Assembly (NCBI RefSeq): GCF_001194135.2
Contig: NC_068984.1
Span: forward strand, 135,502,731-135,566,730
Origin: Octopus bimaculoides
Taxonomy: Eukaryota
Direction: 5' to 3'
Length of the DNA stretch: 64,000 nucleotides
Positions 1 through 12,400 of this stretch are shown in pieces (the stretch's first letter is position 1; every line of letters begins with the position of its first letter). The notes below the pieces were generated by a model that worked only from the letters and a program-made list of their open reading frames with translations, was not told the origin of the DNA and made no database searches. Both the position numbers and the translations under genes were made by a program.

Positions 1-74
<74 letters not shown>
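1..74. repeat. (CA)n microsatellite
   Basis: Pure CA dinucleotide run at window start. Confidence 0.99.
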
Positions 75-76
<2 letters not shown>

Positions 77-369
77 GATAGAGGCAAATACACACACACA
101 CTCACACACACTCGAAAAATCCTGCATTCGCATTTTACACAAAATTTAAACAGTCTGTCGCCCTCAGCCACAACCACACGCGGCAGTACAAACGTATAAA
201 ATACACAATACATAATCACATTAATGTAAACGCATTTCAGAGCACCTATGTCCTTTCCGAACAGGACTTCACATCCATTGAGACATGTATAAACACTCAA
301 TTGACACATTTCTGTCAAGTTTCACCATCACAAAAATCTCGCACATATTTGTAGCATTAGAAATGATAA

Positions 370-572
370 GGCGGCGAGATGGCAGAAACGTTAGCACGCC
401 GGGCGAAATGCTTAGCGGCATTTCGTCTGCCATTACGTTCCGAGTTCAAATTCCGCCGAGATCGACTTTGCCTTTCATCCTTTCGGAGTCTATAAATTAA
501 GTACCAGTTACGCAGTGGGGTCGATTTAATCGACTTAATCCGTTTGTCTGTCCTTGTTTGTCCCCTCTATGT
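370..572 (+). mobile_element. tRNA-derived SINE, family A (about 200 bp)
   Basis: Head ggcggcgagatggcagaaacg (A-box-like), B-box-like gagttcaaattcc, core gcctttcatcctttcggagtctataaattaagtaccag. The same motifs recur on the minus strand at 3874-4606 and 63770-63930. Confidence 0.9.
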
Positions 573-670
573 TTGCCTTTCATTCTTTCGCGTTCGATAA
601 ATTATGTATCAGTTCCATACTGGGATCGATCTAATCGACTGGCCTCCTCCCCCAAAATTTCGGGCCTTGT
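573..670 (+). mobile_element. Second, 5'-truncated family A SINE abutting the first, with a different tail
   Basis: Repeats the core (gcctttcattctttcgcgttcgataaattatgtatcag...atcgatctaatcgact), then tail ggcctcctcccccaaaatttcgggccttgt, resembling the tails at 4115 and 4391. Confidence 0.85.
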
Positions 671-1407
671 TTTTACATATTGGTACACTTAAATAATTTC
701 ATATGCATATAGGTATGAGTCTATAGGAGTGAGTGTGTGTGTGTATCTGTGTGTGTGTGTGCGTTTATACATCAGTATACCATCGCATAGAAAACGGGGA
801 GAGAGATGTTTGTATACAATAAAATGTATATAACCTCTCGAGTGCGTGTGCACCTGGTAAGCAAAATAATTTTGGGCAGACAATCAATACTTTTTCTTCA
901 AAAGTTATATGATGGATTGGAAGTGTTGCGTGAAGAGGCCCATATTTTACCTTTGAGTGATTCTACTAAAATGTACCAATAGTATTACCCATAAACATTT
1001 CGGTCTCATATTATATAGATAACTGTAGTGCCGTGCTCTTTGAAAATCATGTGTGGTCAAGAACACTTTGCTATTATTGTATGGAACTGCATGGCGTAAT
1101 CAGGAATCTTAGAGCTATAATGATATGTTGTTGGCCTTGTTATCTGACGTTAATTGTATAATTAAACTGACTTCAAGCTACTGTTTGCTAAATGAAAATA
1201 AAAAAAATCCACACAGGAAAACATCAGTAAAGATACCATATGCCTCGTTCAAATTTTCTGCATTGAACGGAGATATGAATGCATAAAAGACTGAGACAGT
1301 ACTGTGATCAATTTTTGAGGTTTCGAACATTTAATTAGATTATGTAAATCACCTTTCACTTCTACAGATTTAAGAACAACGTTGCAGCTGGAGTCCGATT
1401 ACAATTA

Positions 1408-1901
1408 CAGTAATCACTCGCCATATCGCGGCTCACCTATCGCGCACTCAGTACATCGTGGATTTTTCTGGCTAATATTTGTAAATTTATATCGCGGACT
1501 CGTCAGTATATCGCGGGTTTCTGTAGCCGATAGGTATTTATATTTGTTGTAGATTTTAATTATTTCTGTGATAAAATAAGCATTTTTATGCCTAAAAATT
1601 AATAAATTAATGAATACAAATGCAGTACAGCACTATACTTAATAACACATTAGTTAAAATATATTAAAAGAAAATACGTAGTGAATCGTAGATGAGTAAA
1701 GAAAGAATCTCACATACTGTATGGAAAACGAAACTCGGGAGGCGAATGCGTGGTGTTGTTTTGCATTTATAATAAAAGAAATATATACAAGTAATAATAA
1801 AAAATATATACAATACTGTACTCGTTCTACTTCGCGAATTTTCACCTATCGTAGTGGGGAGGTTTTAGAACGTAACATCGGCGATAGTCGAGAGATTACT
1901 G
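1408..1901. mobile_element. Tc1/mariner-pogo superfamily MITE, 494 bp, TA target duplication
   Basis: Left end CAGTAATCACTCGCCATATCGC; right end reverse complement CAGTAATCTCTCGACTATCGC; TA at 1406-1407 and 1902-1903; no transposase inside. Confidence 0.88.
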
Positions 1902-3585
1902 TACAAAGTTTGGTATGTTTTAAATTAGGCAGGTTTCGTAAGATTTTAAGGATAGAAAAATGTAAAAGGTAAGCGGAAGAGATATAAAAGGACTGTAAAA
2001 AGAGCCAAATGGAGTATTGCTCTCATATCTTGGATGGTGCACCACATAAGTTAATATTAAAACTCTTATTTATGAAATAGATTACGCGATGGAATAATAT
2101 CGAAATGCTTAATAAAACTTATCTCTTCCGACTTACTTAGATACATGTTTTCGTGTGGTTGAAATTTTTCTATTGCTACATAATTGATTCCCTCTCATTG
2201 TGGCTGGTTGTTCAAGAGCCATTTTCACTTAAGCTCACCTGATAAGTCAGTAGTCTCTCCTTATTTCATCCTCCTGGTTTTCTGTCAACAACACATCATA
2301 GTTCCTAAACAGACTCACGGTCCCTAAAATGTCAACTATCCAGAATGTTCGTGACTTAGTACACTTGTATTAATTTGAGGAAATCAACAACACTAATCTC
2401 ATTTATTTCAATGGTCCTTCGATTTGCGAGGCCATTCTCTCACCCCTTTCTCCAGAGAATATTAAAAAAACAAAATATACGATGGCTGTTTCTAGTATTT
2501 AGAAATTTTACTGAATTTATATTTTCTATAAACAAATTCAAAATTAGTATCCGCTGTTAGTAATATTATTTACATTGTGGTTCTCACGACAGATACAGAT
2601 ATTGTAAATTTCCACCAATAAAATTTCCCTTTTTCCTTGAATTAATCATTTCGCCCACATTAAATTATAGTCTGAAATCATTCAAAAGAGAACATTCAGC
2701 AATGTTCAATAAAATGCGGTTTAGATTTACGCTGAATTGAATTCCCCATGCAATTATAAACGTGTTAATTCTGGATATGATATTTCTGTTCCTTTAAAGT
2801 GTGAAATTAGAACTGATGTCCACACCTCAGCTATATAATTATTATAACTTTTTAACTGAATACGCATTCATGCTTACGGGGACACACATTATATTTGAGG
2901 TATAAACATTGTGTGATTAGGATATACGATACATTAAATGAGGGGAAAAAAGGAGGACGTCGCTGGTGTTTTCGACGAGGAACTGATTATTGACAAAGTT
3001 GAAAGAACTTTTAAATGAATAAAATGGTATCTTTACCGGCTATGGCTTTCTAAGAAGCTTTTAGCTTAGCTCTCCGTGCAGACAAACCGAACTGTTTGAG
3101 TACTGTTTAATCAATAATTGAAGCCATTAATTGCTTTCTTAAAAGTGGTGGTTTAACATTATAATTAGTATTCCGTTTTTCCAAACAGAAATATATTGGT
3201 GATATTTACAAAATTACCTTTATAAGCCTCCGTAACAGGATAAACTGATAATCCCCTGCAATATATGTGGACATTCATGCTGTTTCATATATGTGTGTAT
3301 GGGCGTGTATTCATGTGCACGTGTGTGTGTGTGTGTGTGTGCGTGTGTGTGCGCGTGCGTGCATGCGTGCGAATATATTTCCAAATATATTTCAGATATA
3401 AATAGTAACTAAAGAGTAAATATGAGCATTTTACGAGTCACACATACGTATACACATATGTACATACGTATATATTATATACACACACCACACAAACATA
3501 CACGCACACATATGATTACACACAGACACACACACGCAAACACACAGACATACACATAGAAGCGCGCACACACACACAGCATGCA

Positions 3586-3859
3586 GAAGAACTGCCGAAA
3601 GTTTGGGAGAAGATCAGACAGAGGCAGCTGCTACTATCTGGTCGCACTGCGTGCGTCTCTTTGTTTTGAAAGGACCCAAATTAGTCTTGTGAAACCCACT
3701 TAATGGTGGCGTAAGAAGAGAAAAATTTCGTCACTTTTAGCTTAACAGCTTGATTGCAAATACTAGTATGGAATGTATCCAGGACATCGAGGTAGTGATG
3801 ATGGACCGAGAAGTGAGACAGTTAGACTCTCTTGCTGTGGCTCGGGTTGGACCCTGCAC
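3586..3859 (+). mobile_element. Possible RTE-type LINE 3' fragment
   Basis: Translates EELPKVWEKIRQRQLLLSG then frameshifted HCVR (cf. RTE 'RxRRLRxAGHCxR'), later MMDREV; followed by (AAT)n. Motif resemblance only. Confidence 0.45.
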
Positions 3860-3873
3860 TAATAATAATAATT

Positions 3874-4094
3874 ATGGTTTGAAATTTTGCCACAATAGCA
3901 GCAATTCTGGTGGGTAGGTGGGTGATTGGGGAATGAGTATATAAAAATCGACCCCAATGTTCAACTGGTACTTAGTTTATCAATCTCCACAAATATGAAA
4001 AGCAAAGTCGACTTCGACGATATTTGATCACAGAACATAGCGACGGGCGAAATGCTGCCAAGCATTTCGTCCAGCGTGCTAACGATCGCCGCCT
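3874..4094 (-). mobile_element. Family A SINE
   Basis: Reverse complement carries ggcggcg head, cgaaatgc hairpin, gtcgactttgc core and aagtaccag motif. Confidence 0.85.
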
Positions 4095-4114
4095 TACATA
4101 ACAATGATAATAAT

Positions 4115-4322
4115 CATACTGGAAGAACAAGGCCTCAAATTTGGTGGAAGTTTTTAAGTCGATCGCATCGATCCTAGTGCGTAGCTGGTACTTTTTTCAT
4201 TAAGCTCGAAAGTATTAGAAGCAAAGTCGACATCGGTGAAATTTGAACTCACAACGTAGCGACGGGCGAAGTACCGCTAAGCATTTCGCCCGTCGTGCTA
4301 AGTATTCTGCCAGCTCGCCGCT
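4115..4322 (-). mobile_element. Family A SINE
   Basis: Reverse complement agcggcgagctggcagaatac...gagttcaaatttcaccgatgtcgactttgc...aagtaccag. Confidence 0.88.
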
Positions 4323-4326
4323 TTAG

Positions 4327-4387
<61 letters not shown>
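4327..4387. repeat. (AAT)n microsatellite
   Basis: Pure trinucleotide run between two SINEs. Confidence 0.98.
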
Positions 4388-4390
<3 letters not shown>

Positions 4391-4606
4391 TCTTTGCTAC
4401 AATAGGCACAAGGCTTGAAGTTTTGGGTGAGGGGGTGAGTCGATTACATCGACGTCAGTATCCAATTGGTACTTATTTTACCGGTCCCGAAGAGATGAAT
4501 GGCAAGGTCGACGTCGGCGGAATTTGAACCCAGAACATGAAGACAGACGAAATACTGCTAATCATTTTGTCCCGGCTTACTAACGATTCAGCCAGCTCGC
4601 TGCCTT
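4391..4606 (-). mobile_element. Family A SINE
   Basis: Reverse complement ggcagcgagctggctgaatcgttag...gggttcaaattccgccgacgtcgaccttgcc...ataagtaccaa. Confidence 0.9.
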
Positions 4607-4610
4607 AGAA

Positions 4611-4626
4611 AATAATAATAATAATG

Positions 4627-4697
<71 letters not shown>
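4611..4697. repeat. (AAT)n microsatellite ending at a 10-N gap
   Basis: Trinucleotide run. Confidence 0.98.
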
Positions 4698-4707
4698 NNN
4701 NNNNNNN

Positions 4708-4834
4708 ATTCTACGCAAAACACTTTCAATGCAGTAAACATAAGAGCACCACACCAAACCACAGCACATACCCAAGGCGCACAGAGCTGCACTCGGTAGT
4801 GAAGTGAAAGCACGTTATAAAAATAAAACTACTG
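4708..4834 (+). mobile_element. 3' end and 3' UTR of an R4/Dong-type LINE
   Basis: att cta cgc aaa aca ctt tca atg cag taa = ILRKTLSMQ*, matching the ORF terminus of the copies at 4858 (VLRSALSL) and 23803 (HILRKILSV*); followed by (AAT)n. Confidence 0.7.
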
Positions 4835-4857
4835 AATAATAATAATAATAATAATAA

Positions 4858-5531
4858 TATAAAGCAAGACATGACAGAGTCGGCCAGTATTTACACTGGA
4901 CAATATGTTGACATTATAAAATCAAAACCGCTGACAAATGACATAAGCACCATCCTGAAGCTGTGATTGAGGGAGAAAATGTATCGATTCTGTGGGACTT
5001 CCCCGTACATACCGGCAAAACTATAAAAACTAATAAACCTGATATTATTATAAAAGATCAGACAAAGAAGAAGTGTTTATTAATTGACATGAGTATTCCT
5101 TGCGATCATAATATAGCGGCGAAAGCATTTGACAGGATCAGTAAATATAAAGACTTGTTAATAGAAATTGAAAAAATGTGGCACCTCAAGGCGACTACGG
5201 TACCAGTGATTGTAGGATCTTTAGGAATGATAAAAAGAGGCACTGGAACCTATCTGAAAATGATACCAGGCTTACCATCCCTACAGGAAATGCAAAAAAT
5301 CGTGTTAACTGGAATGACTCATGTTCTGAGAAGTGCATTATCGCTGTCAAAACAACATCCGTTCATGAATTTATTTATTTATTCATTTATTTATTTTTTT
5401 TAAATACATATTTTACCTGTGAATGTGCGTGTGTAAACTGGGAATAAATACAATGAGTTTCTCTGTCCAAGGTGTACGGAAAACACTCGGCAAGAAATGG
5501 AAGAAAATTTGAAGAAAGAAGAAAAAAAAAC
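4858..5531 (+). mobile_element. 5'-truncated R4/Dong-clade non-LTR retrotransposon (restriction-like endonuclease domain and 3' UTR)
   Basis: In frame from 4858: YKARHDRVGQYLHWTIC*...ILWDFPVHT...NKPDIIIKD...LLIDMSIP...KYKDL...PVIVGSLG...QKIVLTG, i.e. RHD plus PD-(D/E)xK RLE motifs. Two TGA stops precede ORF 4963-5403. Flanked on both sides by (AAT/TAA)n. Confidence 0.93.
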
Positions 5532-5592
<61 letters not shown>

Positions 5593-5603
5593 TAATAATA
5601 ATA
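5532..5603. repeat. (TAA)n microsatellite
   Basis: Trinucleotide run. Confidence 0.98.
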
Positions 5604-5604
5604 A

Positions 5605-6163
5605 ATGCCCGGATTCAGTACCAGGCAATGGCTCTCATGGCTTCTGATCTTAATTGATTGGAAGTGTTATCATGTACATTGTTTTGGCTTTTGTATAAAA
5701 GATGGGCTACAGCAAATATTCTGCTCAATACCACAGATTTGGTTGTCAGTTGTTTGACTTTAATTAGTTGAGCATGTCCCTTAGTGGCTGATGATATGTG
5801 CATCTCTGATCATGAGCAGAAGTAGTGGGGGTGCATCATAGCCTTGTGTTGAGAGGAATTCTTTGAGGTTTCAATAATTCACCTTTGGAAACATGGGTGT
5901 TTTGCTCAACGTCCTTAAACACGCCTTATTCAGGGACCTTTTGAACGGGTTGGGCTACTCGACCCGAAGAAAATTCTAACTGGGCCCCACCTGCGAGGCC
6001 ATGCGCTGTTTATCTTGATATGAGATCACCATGTCTCGCACATATGGTTGTGATGCATGTCCCTGGTATACCCTTATCAGACGGGTAGTCATGATGGGTA
6101 TATTGGGCTTCGTATATTTTACCCCAGTGTGACTTTGATGGCATGCACTGCTCTCTCACTCAA
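5605..6163. mobile_element. About 560-bp non-coding element bounded by (AAT)n on both sides; probable non-autonomous retroelement
   Basis: Sharp-edged, more GC-rich block inside a microsatellite, with no TIRs and no convincing ORF. I recall it as a recurrent octopus repeat (unverified). Confidence 0.6.
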
Positions 6164-6167
6164 TGAC

Positions 6168-6241
<74 letters not shown>

Positions 6242-6250
6242 TGATAATAA
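6168..6250. repeat. (AAT)n microsatellite
   Basis: Trinucleotide run. Confidence 0.98.
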
Positions 6251-8072
6251 TTCTCATTACAACATGTTTCAGGAGATGGTGATTAGATGCATGAGCTATT
6301 AAAAATGTGCAAGATGGAAAAAAATAAAGAAAGGCAACCGGTCAAAATTATATTATTTACATTTCTGTGCTTAGATGGTGTTCAAATCCTTCACAGGACT
6401 TTCATGATATTATAACAGAATGTGCTGGCATTACTCTGTACTCTGTATACCAATCTTTTATAGAAAGCACCTTCACAAGGATGATATATACTGTGTGGAT
6501 TGTTGTATGATTCTATAAATTGTCGATTAAAAGACTTTACCAAATGGCTTAACTGTGTATTCATTGCAAAATGACTTGTAATAAACAAGCATGTTAATGG
6601 AGTGTTGGTTTAGATGTGACATTATAATACAAATGTTAGATGCGATATAGAATGATTAATAAGTCACAAGGTTCTTTTGAAGGAAGTTGTCCAATCAGTA
6701 GTTCTTTTTTTACAAACTAAAGAATATGTCTAAAATTTCACAGTCATAAGCTTGATTACCACCAGCAGAATGTACATCAAAACAATACCCCAAGGTATAT
6801 CTTAAGGGAAATATCTCTTTTACAAGTATTATATTTTCACCGTAGTTGTTGCCTTTTGCCAGAGGCAAAGTCCTAATTCCTTGTCCCGTGAATTAAATGT
6901 TTGACACTCTGTTCTTTGAATCACGATATATAATTATTGAGAGAAAGATCGAAAGTGAGAGACAGATAGAGAGAAAGAGAGGGAGAGAATGCACTTAATG
7001 ATATGCTTTATCTATAAATGTTCGCTAAAGGAAACAATCAATCGTATAATGTGCAGGAATAGGTAAACGCTGGAGAGTTTATTGAGAGAGAAAATCAAAA
7101 TTGTTGTTTTCCTGTTTTTCTTGCGTAATTAAGCCAAAGCAGTTAACCAGTTCAAGCTGGAATCAAAACCTATTTGGTCATGGGAATCATCGAAATACGT
7201 ATTAATGTACAGAATATTTATTTATGTCTTGCATATTTATTTGATACATTTCAAATAAATATAATAATTTACCGATCAATAAATATAAATGGTCTTTTAT
7301 CCTTATTTCAGGATGATGTAAATAAAATGACACTCCAATCAGATTTATTCAAATTAAGTTTTAAGTGGAAATAGTACAGTTAGGGCTATATTTGTATGCT
7401 TTAGATATTTGAGGCTTCTGTGAGTGTCTTATTTTTACACGAATATTTGTACTACATTTACCTGACCAGTTCTTGCAAGAGACTTCACATACAGTCCGTT
7501 TCAATGCTCCCTAGATCACAAACGCACCAGTTAACACATCGATGAGTGATGCGAAACACGGGTTTTAGATTGAGTGAATTCAATAAGCTGTCAAAAGAAT
7601 GAACGGCAAGCACTTGGAATCTGAGGTGACTTTTAGTGTAGGTTGTAGAAATATATTGTTAAAGCAGTAATAAGACTTGTGGTGTTTCTGAAAAGAGACT
7701 TGTCTGAATCCCTTTTCAGAAATATCACAAAATTTACCACAATAATGTAAACGACGGAAGTCAAATAGAGTATATTGTTTTATACGCCACTCAATCACTT
7801 TACATATATTTGTTGGTGGAAAAATACGTGTAGGATACAAAAATATGGAAAGCAACTGTTACTAGTAGAGGCATAAGAGCTCGTTTATGAAGATGATAAG
7901 TCACATTAATTGCAAATTGCTATTTCAAAGGAGTTTAAATGTTAGTAACATATAGAGCACGACACCTATGGCCGGGATTTGTAATAATTGCCTCTTTTAG
8001 ATAATTTACACATACATACACACACTCATGCGTGCATACATTCATACACACAAACACATACATAAATCTGTC

Positions 8073-8073
<1 letters not shown>

Positions 8074-8130
<57 letters not shown>

Positions 8131-8160
8131 TAATAATAATAATACTAATAATAATTGTAA
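8074..8160. repeat. (AAT)n microsatellite
   Basis: Trinucleotide run with few interruptions. Confidence 0.97.
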
Positions 8161-8991
8161 TAGTCTCAGTATAAGAACACAGAAGGAAGAAGAGAAGAGA
8201 ATGAAATCAGAAATGAATAAGAGGAGGGGAGGGGAGGAAGTGAAGAAGCTGGAAAAGAAATAACTTGATAAGAAAGAAAATGAAATAATTGTAAATGCCA
8301 GAGCCTTTAAGTCATAACCAATGTGAAAAAGTAAAAGAAATACAATGATGTACAGAACATGTTTCTGTTTTAGAATTTCTCTCCGGTATTGTTCTATTTA
8401 AGACGACATTTTCTCTCATTAGTTTGCCTTCTAGATTAGTTGATTGTTAATAACGTATAAAATTATGCATTGTGTTAACACGGCGAACAATTGCCGTGGA
8501 ATAAATAATGTCTACTGAGGTTTCATATTTGATAATATTCATTAATTCAATTACGTGTGAAGTTTGTACAAGGAATGGTAATGAGAAATCTCATAAGTCA
8601 AATTATCGAATCTCAGGCTACTAATAATATTGAAAGACATTTTCATTGATAAACAATATATTCACGTTTTGGTTCAGTATAACGTAATTTAAATTTTTTC
8701 CCATTGATTCAATCTGAAGGAGTAAACAGCAATATCTTGGCATTGACGTCTTAAAATAATCGTATATTGACGACTTCGAGATTGACTAATGCACACCACT
8801 GATTCATCAGGTTAGATACTCGTATTTTAACTGAACGTACATGTAAACTATGAGAATAACCTACTGTAAACACGAAAGCACGGGGATTATGAATATAATA
8901 GCATATAATATAATGGTATAATAACATGATAACAGAATAGTGGGATGAAATTTACCTGCTACTAGGAAAGGAGAATAAATCCCGCTGATAT

Positions 8992-9418
8992 ACTCTTTTA
9001 CTCTCTTTTACCTGTTTCAGTCATTTGACTGCGGCCATGCTGGAGCACCGCCTTTAGTCGAGCAAATCGACCCGAAGACTTATTCTTTGTAAGCCTTGTA
9101 CTTATTCTATTGGTCTCTTTTGCCGAACCGCTAAGTTACGGGGACATAAACACACCGGCATCGATTTTCAGGCGATCTTGGGGGGGGGGGGGGCAAACAC
9201 AGACACGCAAACTTAAACACACACACATACATACATATACATATATACATATATACGACAGGCTTCTTTCAGTTTTCGTCTACCAAATACATTCACAAGG
9301 CTTTGCTTGGCCCAAGGCAACGGTAGAAGACACTTGCCCAAGGTGCCACGCAGTGGGACTGACCCGGAACAATGTGGTTGGTAAGCAAGCTACTTACCAC
9401 TCAACCTCTCCTACGCCT
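8992..9418 (-). mobile_element. tRNA-derived SINE, family B (about 430 bp, internal microsatellite), near full length
   Basis: Reverse complement: ggcgtaggagaggttgagtggtaag head, gggtcagtccc B-box region, accttgggcaagtgtcttctac, aaactgaaagaagcctgtcg, internal (TG/TA)n, cccgtaacttagcggttcggc, aaagagagtaaaagagta tail. Shared with at least eight other loci here. Confidence 0.92.
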
Positions 9419-12400
9419 ATATGGATGTTGTTTCACCATAATTAAGCAGTAAAGGGGCATATACATGGCCCATGACATTCGAACTAAAATCATTTGTTAC
9501 ATCTAGCAGTTTTATAAATAGTACGTGTGTTTTTAGGGGCGGGGGCTGCTTTCTATCTGTAACTGGTTGTACGGACGAGTAAATATTTTAAGTTGCATCC
9601 GAACGTATAACATCTTTGTTATGGAAGAATTAAAAGGAGACACATGAAATGCAGAAAATCCTATTAACCTCTGAATACAATGTAATTGGGTTATAATAAG
9701 AGAATTCAGGTGAAATTTACTTTAATCACAATTGTGTTGTTCAGAAAAGAATTTATGCGTGGAAATAAATGAATTTTGAGTAGATAGGTGCAGCCATTGT
9801 AAATTCTAAATTTTTAATTGCAGATAATTCAATGTTTAGAAGTTATTGTAAATCAATAGGGATGTTAACTGCAGTTATAAGATGATTTATGGGATGGGCC
9901 TCAACCATGAAGAATTACATGTAGACAAAGCGAGCATTTCGTCGTAATAAAAGGAGTGACAATCCTGACTAATGGAAATAAATGATGTATATAAAGACTA
10001 CGATATAACTTATGAATTGAAAATGCAGATTATGAGATATTTTCAATATTACTTAAAGTTCCCGGCTGCGTAACTTGGTCACTCTCTTTCATTAGCCACG
10101 GCGCAGAGTGAAATGAACTTTACTAATGCATACATATAGGACAGATTAAGAAAATATCTATGACGTGTAGAAAGTGATTTACGTTATGATTAGATTGGTA
10201 TACACCTTTTGAAATTACAGTCCGAATGATATAGAATTTTAAACTGTAATGCAAACACTAACAGTAATTGTATGATGCGTATGTGAACGATTTATATTTG
10301 AGATAATTCAAGTACAAAAGACACCATACACAATATGCTGGTCAAATTCCTATAACACGTTTATATTAGTCCCAGGGAATTGCAACGTTAGATTGTATGA
10401 CAGCCAACCACTCCTGCATATACACAGATATACAACGATATATACACACGCACACACGCACACACACACGTACACACCCTGACACACATACGCGCAAACA
10501 CGCAGAGGAAAATATATGAACACATATATAGTTATGTATATATGTGAGACAAAAAATAAGTTCAAAAAGACCAATTCAAACTTTTTGAAGGATCCAAAAA
10601 GAGAGAAAAAATAATGTCCAATAAAAAATTCCTCATATTGGATATGTATACATATATCTTCCAGTAGTGACGATAACCATTGTTGTCTACTTCCTCAAAC
10701 TTAAAATGCCAAACTATCTTATACCACATCGCTTGCCTCTTGTTCGCACAGTCTACAACTGCAACTACGCCCTTTCTATACATCTACAGCTTAAACACAT
10801 CGGGTGGTTTCTCCTCCTTATTGTTTTTATTTATGCGCCCTTTTAAAGCTTCGTCAGATTCATGGGCCCGGTTTCCTGGTTTCTGAGAACTACGTTAGGG
10901 GTACACGTGTCTGTGGATTGCTCAGTCACTTGCAAGTTAATTTCATGAGCAAGCTATTCCGTTGATCGTATCAGATGGGATAAGTAATCATTTGTTGACT
11001 TTTTATCTTGGTTGTTCTGCAGATTTCAATGATACGCTAAGTATAAAATTACAGAAGAAGTAATTTAGTCAATCTGATTGAGTAAGCTATTCAATGCACA
11101 GCATATTTTGTCGACCTCTAATTAAAATACTTAAATGTGTAATGCATTCACGCACGCTAACACGCACACACACACGTACACACTAATGCACAAATACACA
11201 TATATACATAGGAGAATTTTTTTTAGGGGTTTGAAAATGCACGTGAATCTCAAAACCTGTAGTCGTTTATAAATTTGGTAATAAATTTATTCAAATACCA
11301 AAGTCATTGCGATTTCTCTCAACATTTGAGCATTTGGTCATTTAAACATGTTTTCCAAATTTAGCTTCGTAACTCTAAACACTCCTAAACCCTTTGTTTA
11401 TTTATTTATTCATTTTCATCTTAGATAATCATAAGGATGTCGAAACCGGTTTGGCATTTGAAGAAATGTATAACAAAATTCAAAAACGACAACACGTTAT
11501 GAGATTCCGGTGGATTTTGAAACTACCAAAACAAATTGTCCTATATTTTTCCTGAATGAGAATACACTTCTTCTCCCCCACCACATATATGTATGTATAC
11601 ATGTATGTATGTATGTATGTATGTATGTATGTATGTATGTATGTATGTATGTGTGTGTGAGTGAGTGTATGCAAGTCGAGTTTGGTATTGATGCGCATAT
11701 ATCCACTGCATGTATCTATATATTTAGAAGTATATTTCAAACATTTCAACCGTGGGTTTGTAATAATATAGGTATTACCCTCAAGTGTGGATGCAGAAAC
11801 TGTAATATATATACCCAATAAATAAAGTGATTGCATAGTAAAAGCAAAAACAAACAAAAAAAAACAAAACAAAAAACATTTACTAATTCAAAAGTACGGT
11901 AATTCTTCTTCTGGTGTAGCGATATAATCAGAAAATGAATACCGCTAAAAGATTTTCGGACAGCCATCCGAGATATGTAGTCAAAGATTATAGAAATGAA
12001 AAATAATAAAATTGAATAAAAAATCAGTTGAATAAAACATAAAACAGCCGACACAATGCCTGTATAATTGAGCATGAAAGCGGGTAATATCGTTTTGTAT
12101 TGTATATATATTGTCAAGAGAGAACTTATATGTAATCAGTAGATACAATTTTTCGACTGTCCAAATATCTTCAGGCAGAATATGCCAAAACAGTCATAAA
12201 AAATATTTGATAAATATATTTGGAGGAGAGAGATGTACCAATAATATAAACATTTATGTTCATACACAGAGAACTATATATGTACAGAGTTATATTCATC
12301 CGTGTATAACAGATTCAGATACAAACTTCCACATGACGCCATGTGTGAGTATATATATATATATNNNNNNNNNNNNNNNNNNNNNNNNNNNNNNNNNNNN

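Noticed and set aside
2008-2050. MEYCSHILDGAP, resembling a CR1/Jockey RT C-terminal motif
   Set aside because: Single short motif with no supporting neighbours in frame.
7536-7562. Hammerhead-like cgatgag...cgaaac
   Set aside because: The core is not CUGANGA and stems I/III cannot be formed. The ctgatga hits at 5787, 13355 and 59311 (minus) also lack a properly placed GAAA.
7462-7590. Minus-strand exon candidate ending CAG|GTAAAT
   Set aside because: With the best acceptor all three frames contain stops; a shorter 49-nt version has a weak acceptor and no known motif.
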